A stretch of 64,000 nucleotides of DNA. Origin: Eledone cirrhosa. Taxonomy: Eukaryota. A program made the translations under genes and the position numbers. Below the pieces are notes generated by a model. The model saw only the letters and a program-made list of their open reading frames with translations, did no database searches and was not told where the DNA came from. Every line of letters begins with the position of its first letter. Within the stretch, counting starts at the first letter, position 1. Positions 13,175 through 25,900 of the stretch are shown here, in pieces. The stretch covers positions 24,676,001-24,740,000 of the forward strand of contig OZ024740.1 of assembly GCA_964016885.1 (NCBI GenBank), written 5' to 3'.

Positions 13175-13369
13175 AAAAGGTTCAGGACCCCGACAGCAGA
13201 GCTCAAGCCGTTTCGACGGCTATTTATGGACTCAGAAATACCCGTCGAAACGGCTTGATCTCTGCCGTCGGGGTCCTGAACCTTTTCCTATTACCCACTC
13301 TACTACCCAAAGTATCGAGTACTCTGGTGCGTTATGGTCCACCTGGTTCCTTACCACACTTCCTTCATT

Positions 13370-13373
<4 letters not shown>
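13171..13373 (+). repeat. (TA)n-embedded element with a 120-bp terminal hairpin
   Basis: 13171-13225 pairs with 13236-13290 (10-nt loop); tail 13287-13370 is shared with 7821-7906. Confidence 0.9.
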
Positions 13374-13454
<81 letters not shown>

Positions 13455-13494
13455 AGTGTGTGTATGTGTGTGTTTGAATGAATGAGTATGTGTA

Positions 13495-13820
13495 AAGGCA
13501 GACGCATTGCTAATGGTTAAATTCATGAGCTTCCAACTGAGAGGTTGTGAGTTCAATTCTCGGACCGGGTGATGCCTTGTGTCCTTAAGCAAGACAGTTT
13601 ATTCCATGTTGCTCCAGTTTACGCAGATGGGGAAATGAGTTTCGACGTCACTGGTGCCAATCAGTATCAGCCATTGCTTTTCCCCTGGACAAGATAGTTG
13701 GCGTGGAGAGGTGAGACAGCTGGTTTTCCACAAACAAACCTTGCCCAAGCTTGTGCCTCTGAAGGAAACTTTCTAGATGCAAAAGCATGGTCATATGTGA
13801 TATGTGACCAATGTGGTTTT
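13495..13820 (+). mobile_element. CORE-type SINE, near full length
   Basis: tRNA-like head (B box GTTCAATTC), CORE-like GTCCTTAAGCAAGACAGTTTATTCCATGTTGCTCCAGTTTAC, 3' body ending before (AAT)n. Confidence 0.75.
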
Positions 13821-13832
13821 AATAATAATAAT

Positions 13833-13897
<65 letters not shown>

Positions 13898-14114
13898 TAC
13901 ACACTGTCTGCGGACGGTATTTGAGGACAGATTTATGGTTAAAAAAAAACGTTTATATAATAACAGAAAAAAAATGTATTCTTATAAAAATAACATAAAC
14001 ATAAAGCTAAATTATCAATTTAATACTTTCATTCAATAAAACCACCATAAGCATAAATAATTGCCGCTATACTGGTTCGAAATGATTTACGGGCTCGGAT
14101 TAAGTGGTCTGTGT

Positions 14115-14423
14115 TCATATCGGACAGACTCGAACTATTGTGGCTTTCAAAGAATCTTTGGTGCATAGGGGATGTTCATTGACATTTTCCTCAATGATGC
14201 TCCATACATAGTAGTCCAGTGGATTGAGATCTGGAGAATTAGGAGGCGAAATGTTGGGGGTGATGTGATTATGCAAATTGTCGGCCATCCATTCTTGTGT
14301 CATTTGAGCCTTGTGTGATGGTGCAGAATCTTGTTGAAAGACATAAGGCCTTCCATTGCATACACTGTTGATCCAAGGCTTAACAACTTTATACAAAACC
14401 TCAATATATGCAGCAGCCTTCAC
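14115..14423 (-). pseudogene. DD37D transposase C-terminal fragment
   Basis: VFQQDSAPSH...PPNSPDLNPLDYYVWS; upstream portion broken by frameshifts and stops. Confidence 0.88.
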
Positions 14424-15130
14424 TCTAAGGCCTTGTGGAAAAAATGTGAGGAGACATCACATGTCCTTCATTGCTAACAACACCCAAACTCATGACACTT
14501 GCAGGAAATTGTGTGTGCATTACTCTGTAGGTTACAACCTCAGAAGGGTCTGCACATAGCTACCTGTCATTTCTTCTGTTAGTTTTGTGGTCCTGGTCGA
14601 AGTTTTTCTCATCTGAGAAAAACCAAATCACACCATCTTCTGATGGATTTTTAAATTTGTTTAAACATCTTTTGGGTCTGATTAAACGCTTTTCTTTTCT
14701 ATTTTCTGGCATGAATTGACCTCTTTCCTCAAGTAAGATTTGTATCTGATGCCTTCATGCACAACATTTCTGGTTGTTTCTTACTGATACTCCAAAATTC
14801 TATGAAATTGACCTTATTGATTTTCCTGGATTGTCATCAATGTTATGCTTAACTTGCTGAATAAATTCAGGTGTCCTGATAGAATCAGAGGGTTTGGAAT
14901 TTTTTTAACGTTTTGATACAGGTAATACGCTTCCATCTTCTTTTTCTACCTCACACCGAACCTTGTGAACAAAAGATCTTGCAACTTTCAGAAAACGAGA
15001 AATTTCTAAATCCCCATGCTTAGCCTTCAAAGCCACAATCACAGCATGCCTTTTCATTTCATTAGTAAGCATAGTTATTTTCATTGTTATCTTTTGAAAT
15101 GGAAGTTCAATACAAATTAGTCAAATAAAA

Positions 15131-15229
15131 TAATTGTTTCTACTTTAGGCACAAGGCCAGCAATTAACCAGTGCATTACTGGTACTTTATTTTATCGACC
15201 CCGTAAGGATGAAAGGCAAAGTTAACCTT
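15131..15229 (-). mobile_element. 5'-truncated Meta-like SINE nested in the maT element
   Basis: Matches the 3' half of the 4771 SINE and lies just inside the TIR. Confidence 0.8.
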
Positions 15230-15379
15230 AAAATACATATGTCCTCAAATACCGTCCGCACCCTTTATACACAAGTTGAAACAATTGTTCTCGGTATGGT
15301 GAACTAACTGTTGTGTTACTACTTCTACCAAACTCGTCCCATGGACTGAGTGCTCTACCACTACGGATATTACCTTCCA

Positions 15380-15416
<37 letters not shown>

Positions 15417-15420
<4 letters not shown>

Positions 15421-17055
15421 GTTGTAACGAAAGTTTTTTTCTTTAAGTAAATCTCGATATAGATTTAAAGGTGTCTGATTACTGAATTATATTTGGATTA
15501 TGCCCAAATCACTAATATGGTTCATTTCTTCTCAGATTTCATCAAATGAATCCTTATTCAAGCTGTTTTATAGGCGCCATATTCACTCCAAGTAAAGAAC
15601 GTATGTTGTACTTTGAGAATTTCAAATACTTAATAGTGAAATGCAGCAGTGAATTCTAAACGAGACACTAAAGGAGATGATGTATTGACTGAAAGAATAT
15701 GCAGGCTATATGGTTTTCATGATTCAGAAACGAGAACTACAGCCTGTAGCATGAAGCAAGAGAATGGCACCCACGAGGGATGGATTATGACGCATGAGAA
15801 GCAGATGTTGATGTAAATCCAGCAATTACAGTTCGGGAACTAAACAAAGATTGCGATGTGAGCCATAGCATTATTTATTGGGAAATGAAAAGTCTTGGTA
15901 AAGTGCCAAAGGCTGGAAAATTGGTTCCGCATGATCTGTCGGCAGCATTTTGACTATTGTGTATAATTGTGTTCTCGTGAACTGCAAATGCCTGTTGTGA
16001 TCAGTGTCATTACTGGAGATGATAAATGAATACTTTCCCATAATTTTGAGCGAAGACATCAGTGGTTCAGTTATGGTGAAGAGAAACCAGCCCAGCAGAC
16101 CAGAATTGTCTTGGATTCAAGGAAGATTCTAATGAGTGTGTGGTGGGATCTGCGGGCTAAAAGATATCAAACTATAACAGCCGAAGTCTATTGCCAACAG
16201 TTAAGAATGCAGCTTTGCAGCAAAAACATACATAATTAACAAACAACTAAGAAGTCATCGTCGATCATAATAATTGTTTCTACTTTTGGCACCAAGCCAG
16301 AAATTATCCCAGTGCATTTCTGGTACTTTATTTAATCAGCCCCGTAAGGATGAAAGGCAAAGTTAACCTCGGCGGGATTTCAACTCAGACCGTAAGGGCC
16401 CGTAACTCTATGCTGTAAAGCATGGCATCCGACCCTCTACCGATACTGCCAATCCAATCATAATGGTTTCATAGAAAGGTACAAGGCCAGCAATTTTAGG
16501 AGAGGGGAAAGTCGATTAAATCGACCCCAGTGCGTGACTGGTACTTTATTTTATAGACCCCGTAAGGATGAAAGGCAAAGTTAATCTCGGCGGGATTTGA
16601 ATTCAGAATGGCAAGGTACCGTAACTCTATGCTGTAAAGCATGGCGTTCCACCCTCTATTGATATGATACTGCCAATCCACTACACCATCGTCCATCATA
16701 ATAATACTAGATAACACACTGCACAAAAGACCAAAGATCACCTAGAAAAATATGCCTGGGAAATTATGTTTCACGCACTTTATTCTCTGGAGGTCGTACC
16801 AACAGATTACTATCATTCCTGAAGTTTACAAAATAATTTGAGTGTATTAAGGTTTACTGCAATAGAAGTCGAACATTAGTTAGTCCTTTTTTAGTTCAAG
16901 ACCTAAAGGATGTTAAGAACATCGCATTAAAAAGGTTCATGACTGATAGAGTGAGGTGATAGAGGAGGTTGGTGCCTACATTATCTATTAAATAAAATTG
17001 ATATTGTGTCTTTTTATTGTTTTATTGAGACCTAAAAACGGACTGAGCTTTCGCT
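15417..17055 (+). mobile_element. Degenerate classical mariner transposon
   Basis: Broken translation with LVPHDL, VITGDDK, KILMSVWWD, TITAEVYCQQL, HHNNTR*HT and LYSLEVVPTDY (cf. WVPHEL, TGDEKW, HDNA, YSPDLAPTDY); starts in (TA)n; TIRs poorly preserved. Confidence 0.85.
16270..16682 (-). mobile_element. Head-to-tail pair of Meta-like SINEs inserted in the mariner
   Basis: Long variant about 16465-16682 and short variant about 16270-16456; TSD CATCGTC(G/C)ATCATAATAAT on both sides. Confidence 0.85.
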
Positions 17056-17354
17056 ATATGAAGAGAGAAGCTCATTACTACCTTCGGTTCATCTGGAAGT
17101 TTAAAGCGTCCACCGCTATAATCACACAGACACACACAGACACACACACAGAAACACACACATATATACATATACATATACATACATACACACATATATA
17201 TATATATACATATACATACATACACACACATATATATATATATATATACATATATATATACATATAGTAATAATAATAAATGTGAAGACTAAGCAAAGAA
17301 TCGTTAGGGGTGAAAGCAGCGATTCTTTGCTTAAACTTTAATCTGTTATTTTAA

Positions 17355-17413
<59 letters not shown>

Positions 17414-17778
17414 CTGTCATGTCTTATATATTGGTACTACATAAACTCATACAAAGTTATGAAGCTATTCGATCTCTCAAATTAAATAAATATATGTGAC
17501 ACCGGAACATATGTCGCTTTCGTATAACTTTCGCTAATGTTTGGCCCTATCGATAGTAGAGTCATTAGAGGCAAAGATACTCACCGACCGTCAGCATCTC
17601 TAACAATATCTGGTTATTATTCTATAGAAACCTTTGAAGAACAAAGTCTTTGTTAGTGAGAATTGTTTACAGAACTCAATAAATTTAGTATATAACACGA
17701 AGCAAATAGTCATACTTTCTACTATTTTGTATATATGTTTGAGAATCATATATATTCAGTGATGACATATGCTCTTTC

Positions 17779-18178
17779 TAGACCTGCCAACCTCTAAAAT
17801 CCCAAACGGGGAGTACCATGAAAAAAATTGCCCCAAAACGGGGAGAGATGAGGCAAAATTGGGAGATTTTACATAATTGTTTCTACTTTTGGCACAAGGC
17901 CAGCAATTACTCAGTACATTACTGGTACTTTATTTTATCGACCACGGAAGGATGAAAGGCAAAGTTAACCTCGGCGGGATTTGAACTCAGATCATACAGG
18001 GAGGTAACTCTATGCTTCAAAGCATGGCATCCGACACTCTACCGATACTGCCAATCCACCGCCAGAGGAGATTTTACATAATGAAAGCTATACCCATTTT
18101 CACAAGAGAAGTCATCTCTCACTCACCCCAAATTGGGTGGAAGATCTCTCCGTCGGACGATGAGAGTTGCCAGGTCTG
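17779..18178. mobile_element. Probable hAT-like MITE interrupted by a SINE
   Basis: Termini TAGACCTGCCAAC and GTTGCCAGGTCTG with subterminal GGGAGA motifs; no clean 8-bp TSD. Confidence 0.55.
17875..18064 (-). mobile_element. Meta-like SINE (short variant)
   Basis: Full-length copy with a 16-bp TSD GGAGATTTTACATAAT at 17862 and 18067. Confidence 0.88.
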
Positions 18179-18764
18179 TCTTTGTTTCAGAGTTGGCTAA
18201 ACATTCCAGTATATTATTATATTAAACGCTGCAATTGATTGGTTCATTATTTTCTCAATACCGAAAAGGATTTGAAACCCAAGTGTAGAAAGTCGTAGCG
18301 AAGTAGTTTAAGACATTTCGCAGGATGGTGTAAAGGATTCTGTCAATCCACCGCCTTCTGATTTTTTAATACGAGACATAAAAACAGACATTGGTGGAAG
18401 TGAATAAGAGATTATATAAACCGCAGTATTTAGTAATTCTTTGCATAAATCGAAAAAATATGTACGATAATATACACGTCTGTTAGAATTAAAACTAGAA
18501 CGTAAAGGGACATAAGTACCGCACGGAAATATATCTGATGTTGCACCTTTTTGACATACCACAGATAATTCTAATAAATATGGGTCTATGCAATGTCTTT
18601 TCTCTTGGTTCTCTCCCTTTACTCTCATTTATGGCATTTATAGTCCTTTCCAATACGGCTTTCTTTTCCTATATTTTAAACCAATTTTGAAGTTAATTCC
18701 TTCTAAATCATTGGAATATTTGTGAGATTCGGAATGGTAATTATTATCACTATCAGCTTTGATG

Positions 18765-18845
18765 TGGTACTCATATTTAGTGTATAAACGTTCAGTTGGA
18801 ATGAAAACGAAAGAACTGCCTTCTTTCAGATTCGAACTCAGAACC
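18765..18845 (-). mobile_element. Old degenerate SINE fragment
   Basis: TGGTACTCATATTT...GGAATGAAA...GATTCGAACTCAGAAC resembles the reverse of the Meta-like SINE core and B box. Confidence 0.45.
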
Positions 18846-20164
18846 TAATTAGATGTATCTAAATATCACAACTGTATATTTCTGTCCGGAACTTTGCCAT
18901 TTTTATTTTATTCTATTTTTTTTTTTTTTTTTACTATATTTTTTATTGCATTTATCTTCCAGAATCATAACAATAACAATATTAAAAAACAAAACATTTT
19001 GTGTTATACATATAAAATAAAATATTGCAGTCCAGTATGAAAAAAATAATTTACAGTAAACAATATGTAATTAATTCTGATAAAAAATTATTTATTCATA
19101 TATTTAGATGTTTTAGTAATGTCTTCAGCACTTTTTTAGCAGCGTCTTCAGTGATTTTGCCACACAACAGATTTTATATTTATTACATACATACATATAT
19201 ACATATATATATATATACACACATATATATATAATTATATATATATGTATACACAGACACACACGCACACACACACACACACACACACATACATATATAT
19301 ATTTATATATATATATATATAAATATGGTTGTATGTATTTATGCATGTATATATATATATATATATGTATAAATAATTTTTTTTTTATTCAGTACCTCTA
19401 ATTAATATTCCTGGTAGCACGACAGGAAATTCAGAAGACCACGTGATAATTTGGTTTGACGCGTGAACTATTGTTCTAACCCCCTCCTTACACAGCCCCC
19501 CTGCCCCTCCTCCCGTATTTCACCTGATTCCAAGCGGCAGATCTAATTAAAACAGTATGTGTGTGTGTCTGTTTATGCGTGTGTGTGATTGTACGTGTAA
19601 GTTGAACAATCTCTCTGTCCGTTAAACACATATATGTGTTTACATATGTGTATGACTGTGGTGTGTGTGGTGTGTGTGTGGTGTGTGTGTGGTATTGAGC
19701 AATGTCTCCAAGTATTTAACACATAACTGTGTAGATTTATGTGTCTGTGTAGGTGCGATTTATATATTTATTCATTTTTCAATTTTTGAATTTTATGTCT
19801 TCTTAATTTGTTTATTATTTATTATTTATATTTATGTATATATATATATATTTATTTATTCATTTATTCATTCATTTATTTATTAATTTTGAATTTTATT
19901 TTTATATTTCCGAAAATGTGTTTTAAACATGACTGTATTTAAAGATACAGCGATTTCTCAAATTGTCAACTATGGAATTTGGAAAGAATTTTCTTCCACC
20001 ATTGTCTCCCTTCTGCATTTTTCATTTTCCAAATTTATACATTTTTCTTACCCCCCCCCCCCCCACGCACCCACACACACTCCTTTCTTCTTCATTTATC
20101 AACGAAAGAATCTGGCAGTAGCATTCCTATTCTATTGTCTTTGCAATTCACTTTCTATTGCGAG

Positions 20165-20897
20165 AAAATTCTTCTATCTCCCACTTCTCCCACTTCTACC
20201 ACCTCTGTCCCCCTCTCTCTCTCCCTCTCTCGTCCCCCTCCTCCTTCCCTTTATTTCTCTCTCTCTTTTCTCCCAGCTCCAACTCTCCATATACCCCATC
20301 TCCCGCTCTCTCTCTCTCTCCCTCACTTACTCTCCCTCTCCCTCACTTACTCTCTCTCACCCTCACTTACTCTCTCTCTCACCCTCTCTCATTCTCTCCT
20401 TCCCAGCTCCAACTCGCCATATATCCCATCTCCCGCTCTTTATCTCCCCTTCTCTCTCTCTTCCTCTCTCTCTCACTTACTCTCTCTCTCTCTCATCCCC
20501 TCTCCTTTTCTCCTCCTCCCCTCCCCTTTCTTTCTCTCTCTTTTCCCAGCTCCAACTCGCCATATATCCCATCTCCCGCTCTTTCTCTCCCCTTCTCTCT
20601 CTCTCCCTCTCTCTCATTTACTCCCCACCCTCCTTTTCTCCTCCTCCCCTTCCTTTTCTTTCTCTCTCTATCTTCCCAGCTCCAACTCTCCATATATCCC
20701 ATCTCCCGCTCTCTCTCTCTCCCTCACTTACTCTCTCTCTCACCCTCTCTCAATCTCTCATTCTCTCCTTCCCTTTCTTTCTTTCTCTCTTCCCAGCTCC
20801 AACTCTCCATATATCCCATCTCCCGCTCTTTCTCTTCCCTTCTCTCCCCCTCTCTCACTGTCTATCTCTCTCTCTCTCTCACACTCCCCTCTCTCTA
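20165..20897. repeat. Pyrimidine-rich minisatellite with five 39-bp cores
   Basis: TCCCAGCTCCAACTC(T/G)CCATATA(T/C)CCCATCTCCCGCTCT at 20271, 20401, 20544, 20674 and 20791, separated by CT-rich spacers. Confidence 0.9.
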
Positions 20898-21826
20898 TTG
20901 AAGGTGTATTTTGTTTCTGAATATATTCATAGTGAATCGATGTAGTGACTGAACATTACCCAGTACCCATCATATCAATTATTATAGCCCCCACACCCCA
21001 CAGTGTTTCGGCCCGTACTACTGATTCGATCCCAGGCCTTGTGTATGAAATTAAGCAATGGAACCTATTTGAAATCTCAAAGGATCAACTGTATCATTGA
21101 TTTAGATAACCAACATTGATCAAACTATTTTTATGCTGAATCTCCCTAATAGTTCTGTTAAGATCATACGTGTCTGACAGGCTGCAGTTGAGGGCTGTTC
21201 TATCTACGGGGTATAAAACAACCCATTTCTAACGCCTCTCCTCTATTGGGGATTTCGATTGTTATATTTTCATGTTAAAACTTTTTTTTACTCGATTGTA
21301 TGTAAAATCCCCGCCATATGTCTTTGTATTGTCCCCTTTTCTTGTGCGCCCTTGTGGCAAATAAAGAAATATATCTATCAAGTAGATTATTCAGTTAGTA
21401 AAACAATTGAAACAATCCTCATCGAAACCGACGTATATCCATTTATTTTTCCTTAGCCTGTACTCAAAGTTTTAAGGGCTATGCAACATAACATTCAACA
21501 ATATTATGTACTCTCAGGTCCCAAATAATAGGAGGTAGTTGAATAATTAGAGTTTAGAAAAAGCCGGAAGCAAGGATTGGTAACTTTCCTTGGTTAATTT
21601 TTTAAATACCAGAATTAGTTGTTTAGTTTACATATTGAGACATCAACCCATCTTGCTTATTTTATAACATATGGGATTTCTAGTATTACACTTTTTTGTA
21701 ATGTAAAATGATGTTTAAGGTTTAAAGAAAATTAATTGTCGCAGGAATGCTACCACTTAAAATAACATTTTACCGGAGATGGATTAGAAAAAAATTAATA
21801 AGGAGAGACGACGTGAACAGGGCGTG

Positions 21827-22106
21827 AAGGCGCATGTCTTAGTGGTTAGAGCATTGGGCTTGCTATCGAAGGGTTGTGAGTTCAATTCTCGGACCTGGTG
21901 ATGTGTTGTTTCCTTGAGCAAGACACTTTATTTCACGTTGCTCCAGTTTACTCAGCTGTAGAAATGAGATGATAGGACTGGGGTCCCTATCAATAAATCA
22001 CCCAAGACACCTTCAACGAGATATACATTGGAGGAGGCCAGCTAAACCTTCATAGGAGTGAGCAGTCACACACACACACACACATACACACACACACACA
22101 CACACA
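21827..22106 (+). mobile_element. CORE-type SINE with (CA)n tail
   Basis: tRNA-like head and CORE-like domain; 13-bp direct repeat TGAACAGGGCGTG at 21814 and 22107. Confidence 0.8.
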
Positions 22107-22454
22107 TGAACAGGGCGTGGTGGGAAAATCTAAAAATTAATAAGCGGTGGGAGGGGTGACGATTATTCGAGATGTGAGAGTAGCCATTTGTCGTTTATGA
22201 ATTACTTCTGATCACCACTGAAAGAACTGATGTATTATTCAGCAATGTTCTAACAGTGATCACTTATCTAGCTTTTAGACATGGTGTATCTACGAGGTGA
22301 CATGTTGACATAGTCGTTAGTGTCTCCGATATAATACATTGCATTAGCTCTTCTTCGCTCGGCTCTCACTCCCCACCTCCAATTGAACCCCTTACATTTT
22401 ACATTCTCAATATTGGAAAAATAGAATCAATACTGTAATAAGGCTCATGTTTCT

Positions 22455-22893
22455 GCTCGCTCCTCTTCCCGCCCTCTCTCTCCCCCTCTCTCTCTTGCTC
22501 GCTTCCTCTAACTCTTCCTCACCATCTACCCCCCCTATCTCTCTCTCTCCCTCACTTCTCTATCTCTCCCTCAACCTCTACTTATCTCTCTCTCCCTCCC
22601 ATTATCTATCACTCCGCCTCCACCCCTCTCTTCCACCCATTCCCTCCCTATCTCACTCACTACTGCTCTCTCCCTCCCTCCCCTTCCGTCCATCTCTATA
22701 CCTCTAGCTCTCCCTCACCCTCACCTATCTATCCCTCTCTCTGTCCCCCTCTCTCTCTCCCTCTAGCTCTCCCTCACACTCTACCCTCTCGCTCTCTCCC
22801 TCTCCCTCTAGCCCCCTCTCCCTCTCCCCTGACACTCTACACCTCTCTATACCCTTCCTCTCTCACCCTCCCATCTACATCCCTCTCTCTCCA
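22455..22893. repeat. CT-rich low-complexity tract
   Basis: Degenerate (CT)n/(CCT)n immediately upstream of the satellite. Confidence 0.9.
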
Positions 22894-22992
22894 TCATGTT
22901 TAAGTGGTCTGTCAATAGTTAAATTAACGTCTAAGTATTTCAGTGTTACACCAATATGTGTAGCCTTAACATAATTCGAATGTAAATCCAGC

Positions 22993-25900
22993 CTGACACT
23001 GTATATGGAAGACCGTCCCTTTCAATGTCATCTCATGTCGAACGGTTGGTCTTCCATACAACTGACTCTGTATATGGAAGACCGTCCCTTTCAATGACAT
23101 CTCATGTCGAATGGTTGGTCTTCCATACAACTGACACTGTATATAGAAGACCGTCCCTTTCAATGGCATCTCATGTCGAACGGTTGGTCTTCCGTACAAC
23201 TGACACTGTATATGGAAGATCATCCCTTTCAATGGCATCTCATGTCGAACGGTTGTTATTCCATACAACTGACACAGTATATGGAAGACCGTCCCTTTCA
23301 ATGGCATCTCATGTCGAACGGTTGGTCTTCCATTCAACTGACACTGTATATGGAAGACTGTCCCTTTCAATGGCATATCATGTCGAACGATTGGTCTTCC
23401 ATACAACTGACACTGTATATGGAAGACCGTCCCTTTCAATGGCATCTCATGTCGAACGATTGGTCTTCCATACAACTGACACTGTATATGGAAGACCGTC
23501 CCTTTCAATGGCATCTCCTGTCGAACGGTTGGTCTTCCATACAATTGACACTGTATATGGAAGGCCGTCCCATTCAATGGCATCACATGTCGAAAGGTTG
23601 GTCTGCCATACAACTGAAACTGTATATGGATGACTGTCCCATTCAATGGCATCTCATGTCGAACGGTTGGTATTCCATACAAATGACACTGTATATGGAA
23701 GACTGTCCCTTTCAATGGCATCTCATGTCGAATAGTTTGTCTTCCATACAACTGACACTTTATATGGAAGACCATCCCTTTCAATCGCATCTCATGTCGA
23801 ACGGTTGGTCTTCCATACAACTGACAGTGTATATGGTAGACCGTCCCATTCAATGGCATCTCATGTCGAACGATTGGTCTTCCATACAACTGACACTGTA
23901 TATGGATGACCGTCCCTTTCAATGGCATCGCATTGCGAACGGTTGGTCTTCCATACAACTGACACTCTATAAGGAAGACCGTCCATTTCAATGGCATCTC
24001 ATGTCGAGGGTTGGACTTCCATACAACTGACACTGTATATGGATGACTATCCCATTCAATGGCATCTCATGCCGAACGGTTGGTCTTCCATACATTTGAC
24101 ACTGTATATGGAAGACCATCCCTTTCAATGACATCTCACGTCGAACGTTTGGTCTTCCATACAACTGACATTGTATATGGAATACCGTCCCTTTCAATGG
24201 CATCTCATGTCGAACAGTTTGTCTTCCATACAACTGATAATTGTATATGGAAGACCGGACCTTTCAATGGCATCTCATGTTGAACGGTTGGTCTTCCATA
24301 CAACAGGACTCTGTATATGGAAGACCGTCCCTTTCAATGACATCTCATGTCGAATGGTTGGTCTTCCATACAACTGACACTGTATATAGAAGACCGTCCC
24401 TTCCAATGGCATCTCATGTCGAACGGTTGTTATTCCATACAACTGACACTGTATATGGAAGATCGTCCCTTTCAATGGCATCTCATGTCGAACGGTTGGT
24501 CTTCCATTCAACTGACACTGTATATGGAAGACCGTCCCTTTCAATGGCATATCATGTCGAACGATTGGTCTTCCATACAACTGACACTGTATATGGAAGA
24601 CCGTCCCTTTCAATGGCATCTCATGTCGAACGGTGGTCTTCCATACAACTGACACTGTATATGGAAGACCGTCCCATTCAATGGCATCACATGTCGAATA
24701 GTTTGTCTTCCATACAACTGACACTTTATATGGATGACCGTCCCTTTCAATGGCATCGCATTGCGAACGGTTGGTCTTCCATACAACTGACACACGGTAT
24801 GGAAGACCGTCCATTTCAATGGCATCTCATGTCGAGGGTTGGACTTCCATACAACTGACACTGTATATGGATGACTATCCCATTCAATGGCATCTCATGC
24901 CGAACGGTTGGTCTTCCATATATTTGACACTGTATATGGAAGACCGTCCCTTTCAATGGCATCTCATGTCGAACAGTTTGTCTTCCATACAACTGACATT
25001 GTATATGGAAGACCGGCCCTTTCAATGGCATCTCATGTCGAACGGTTGGTCTTCCATACAACTGAAACTGTATATGGAAGATCGTCCCTTTCAATGGCAT
25101 CTCATGTCGAATAGTTTGTCTTCCGTACAACTGACACTTTATATGGAAGACCATCCCTTTCAATCGCATCTCATGTCGAACGGTTGGTCTTCCATACAAC
25201 TGACACTGTATATGGAAGACCGTCCCTTTCAATGGCATCTCATGTCGAACCGTTAGTCTTCCATACAACTGACACTGTATATGTAAGACCATCCCTTTCA
25301 ATGGCATCTGACGTCGAACGTTTGGTCTTCCATACAACTGACACTGTATATGGAAGACCGTCCCTTTCAATGGCATCTCATGTCGAACACTTTGTCTTCC
25401 ATACAACTGATAATTGTATATGGAAGACCGGCCCTTTCAATTGCATCTCACGTCGAACGTTTGGTCTTCCATACAACTGACACTGTATAGGGAAGACCGT
25501 CCCTTTCAATGGCATATCATGTCGAACGGTTGGTCTTCCATACAATTGACACTGTATATGAAAGACCGTCCCTTTCAATGGCATCTCATGTCGAAAGTTT
25601 GGTCTTCCATACAACTGACACTGTATATGGAAGACCTTCCCTTTTCAATGGCATCTCATGTCGAACGTTTGGTCTTTCATACAACTGACACTGTATATGG
25701 AAGACCGTCCCTTTCAATGGCATCTCATGTCGAACAGTTTGTCTTCCATACAACTGATAATTGTATATGGAAGACCGGGCCTTTCAATGGCATCTCATGT
25801 TGAACGGTTGGTCTTCCATACAACTGACTCTGTATATGGAAGACCGTCCCTTTCAATGACATCTCATGTCGAATGGTTGGTCTTCCATACAACTGACTCT

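Larger units (their letters stand above)
13903..15265 (-). mobile_element. Tc1/mariner element of the DD37D (maT) family, defective
   Basis: TIRs TGCGGACGGTATTTGAGGACA (13909) and TGTCCTCAAATACCGTCCGCA (15240-15260); ORF 14115-14423 has FQQD-(37 aa)-D in SPDLNPLDY. Confidence 0.9.

Noticed and set aside
19929-20945. Long L/S/P-rich ORFs in three frames
   Set aside because: The CT-rich low-complexity tract lacks stop codons by composition.
21170-21375. Possible promoter (TATAAAA) or LINE 3' end with AATAAA
   Set aside because: There is no linked ORF or second copy in the window, so it cannot be supported.
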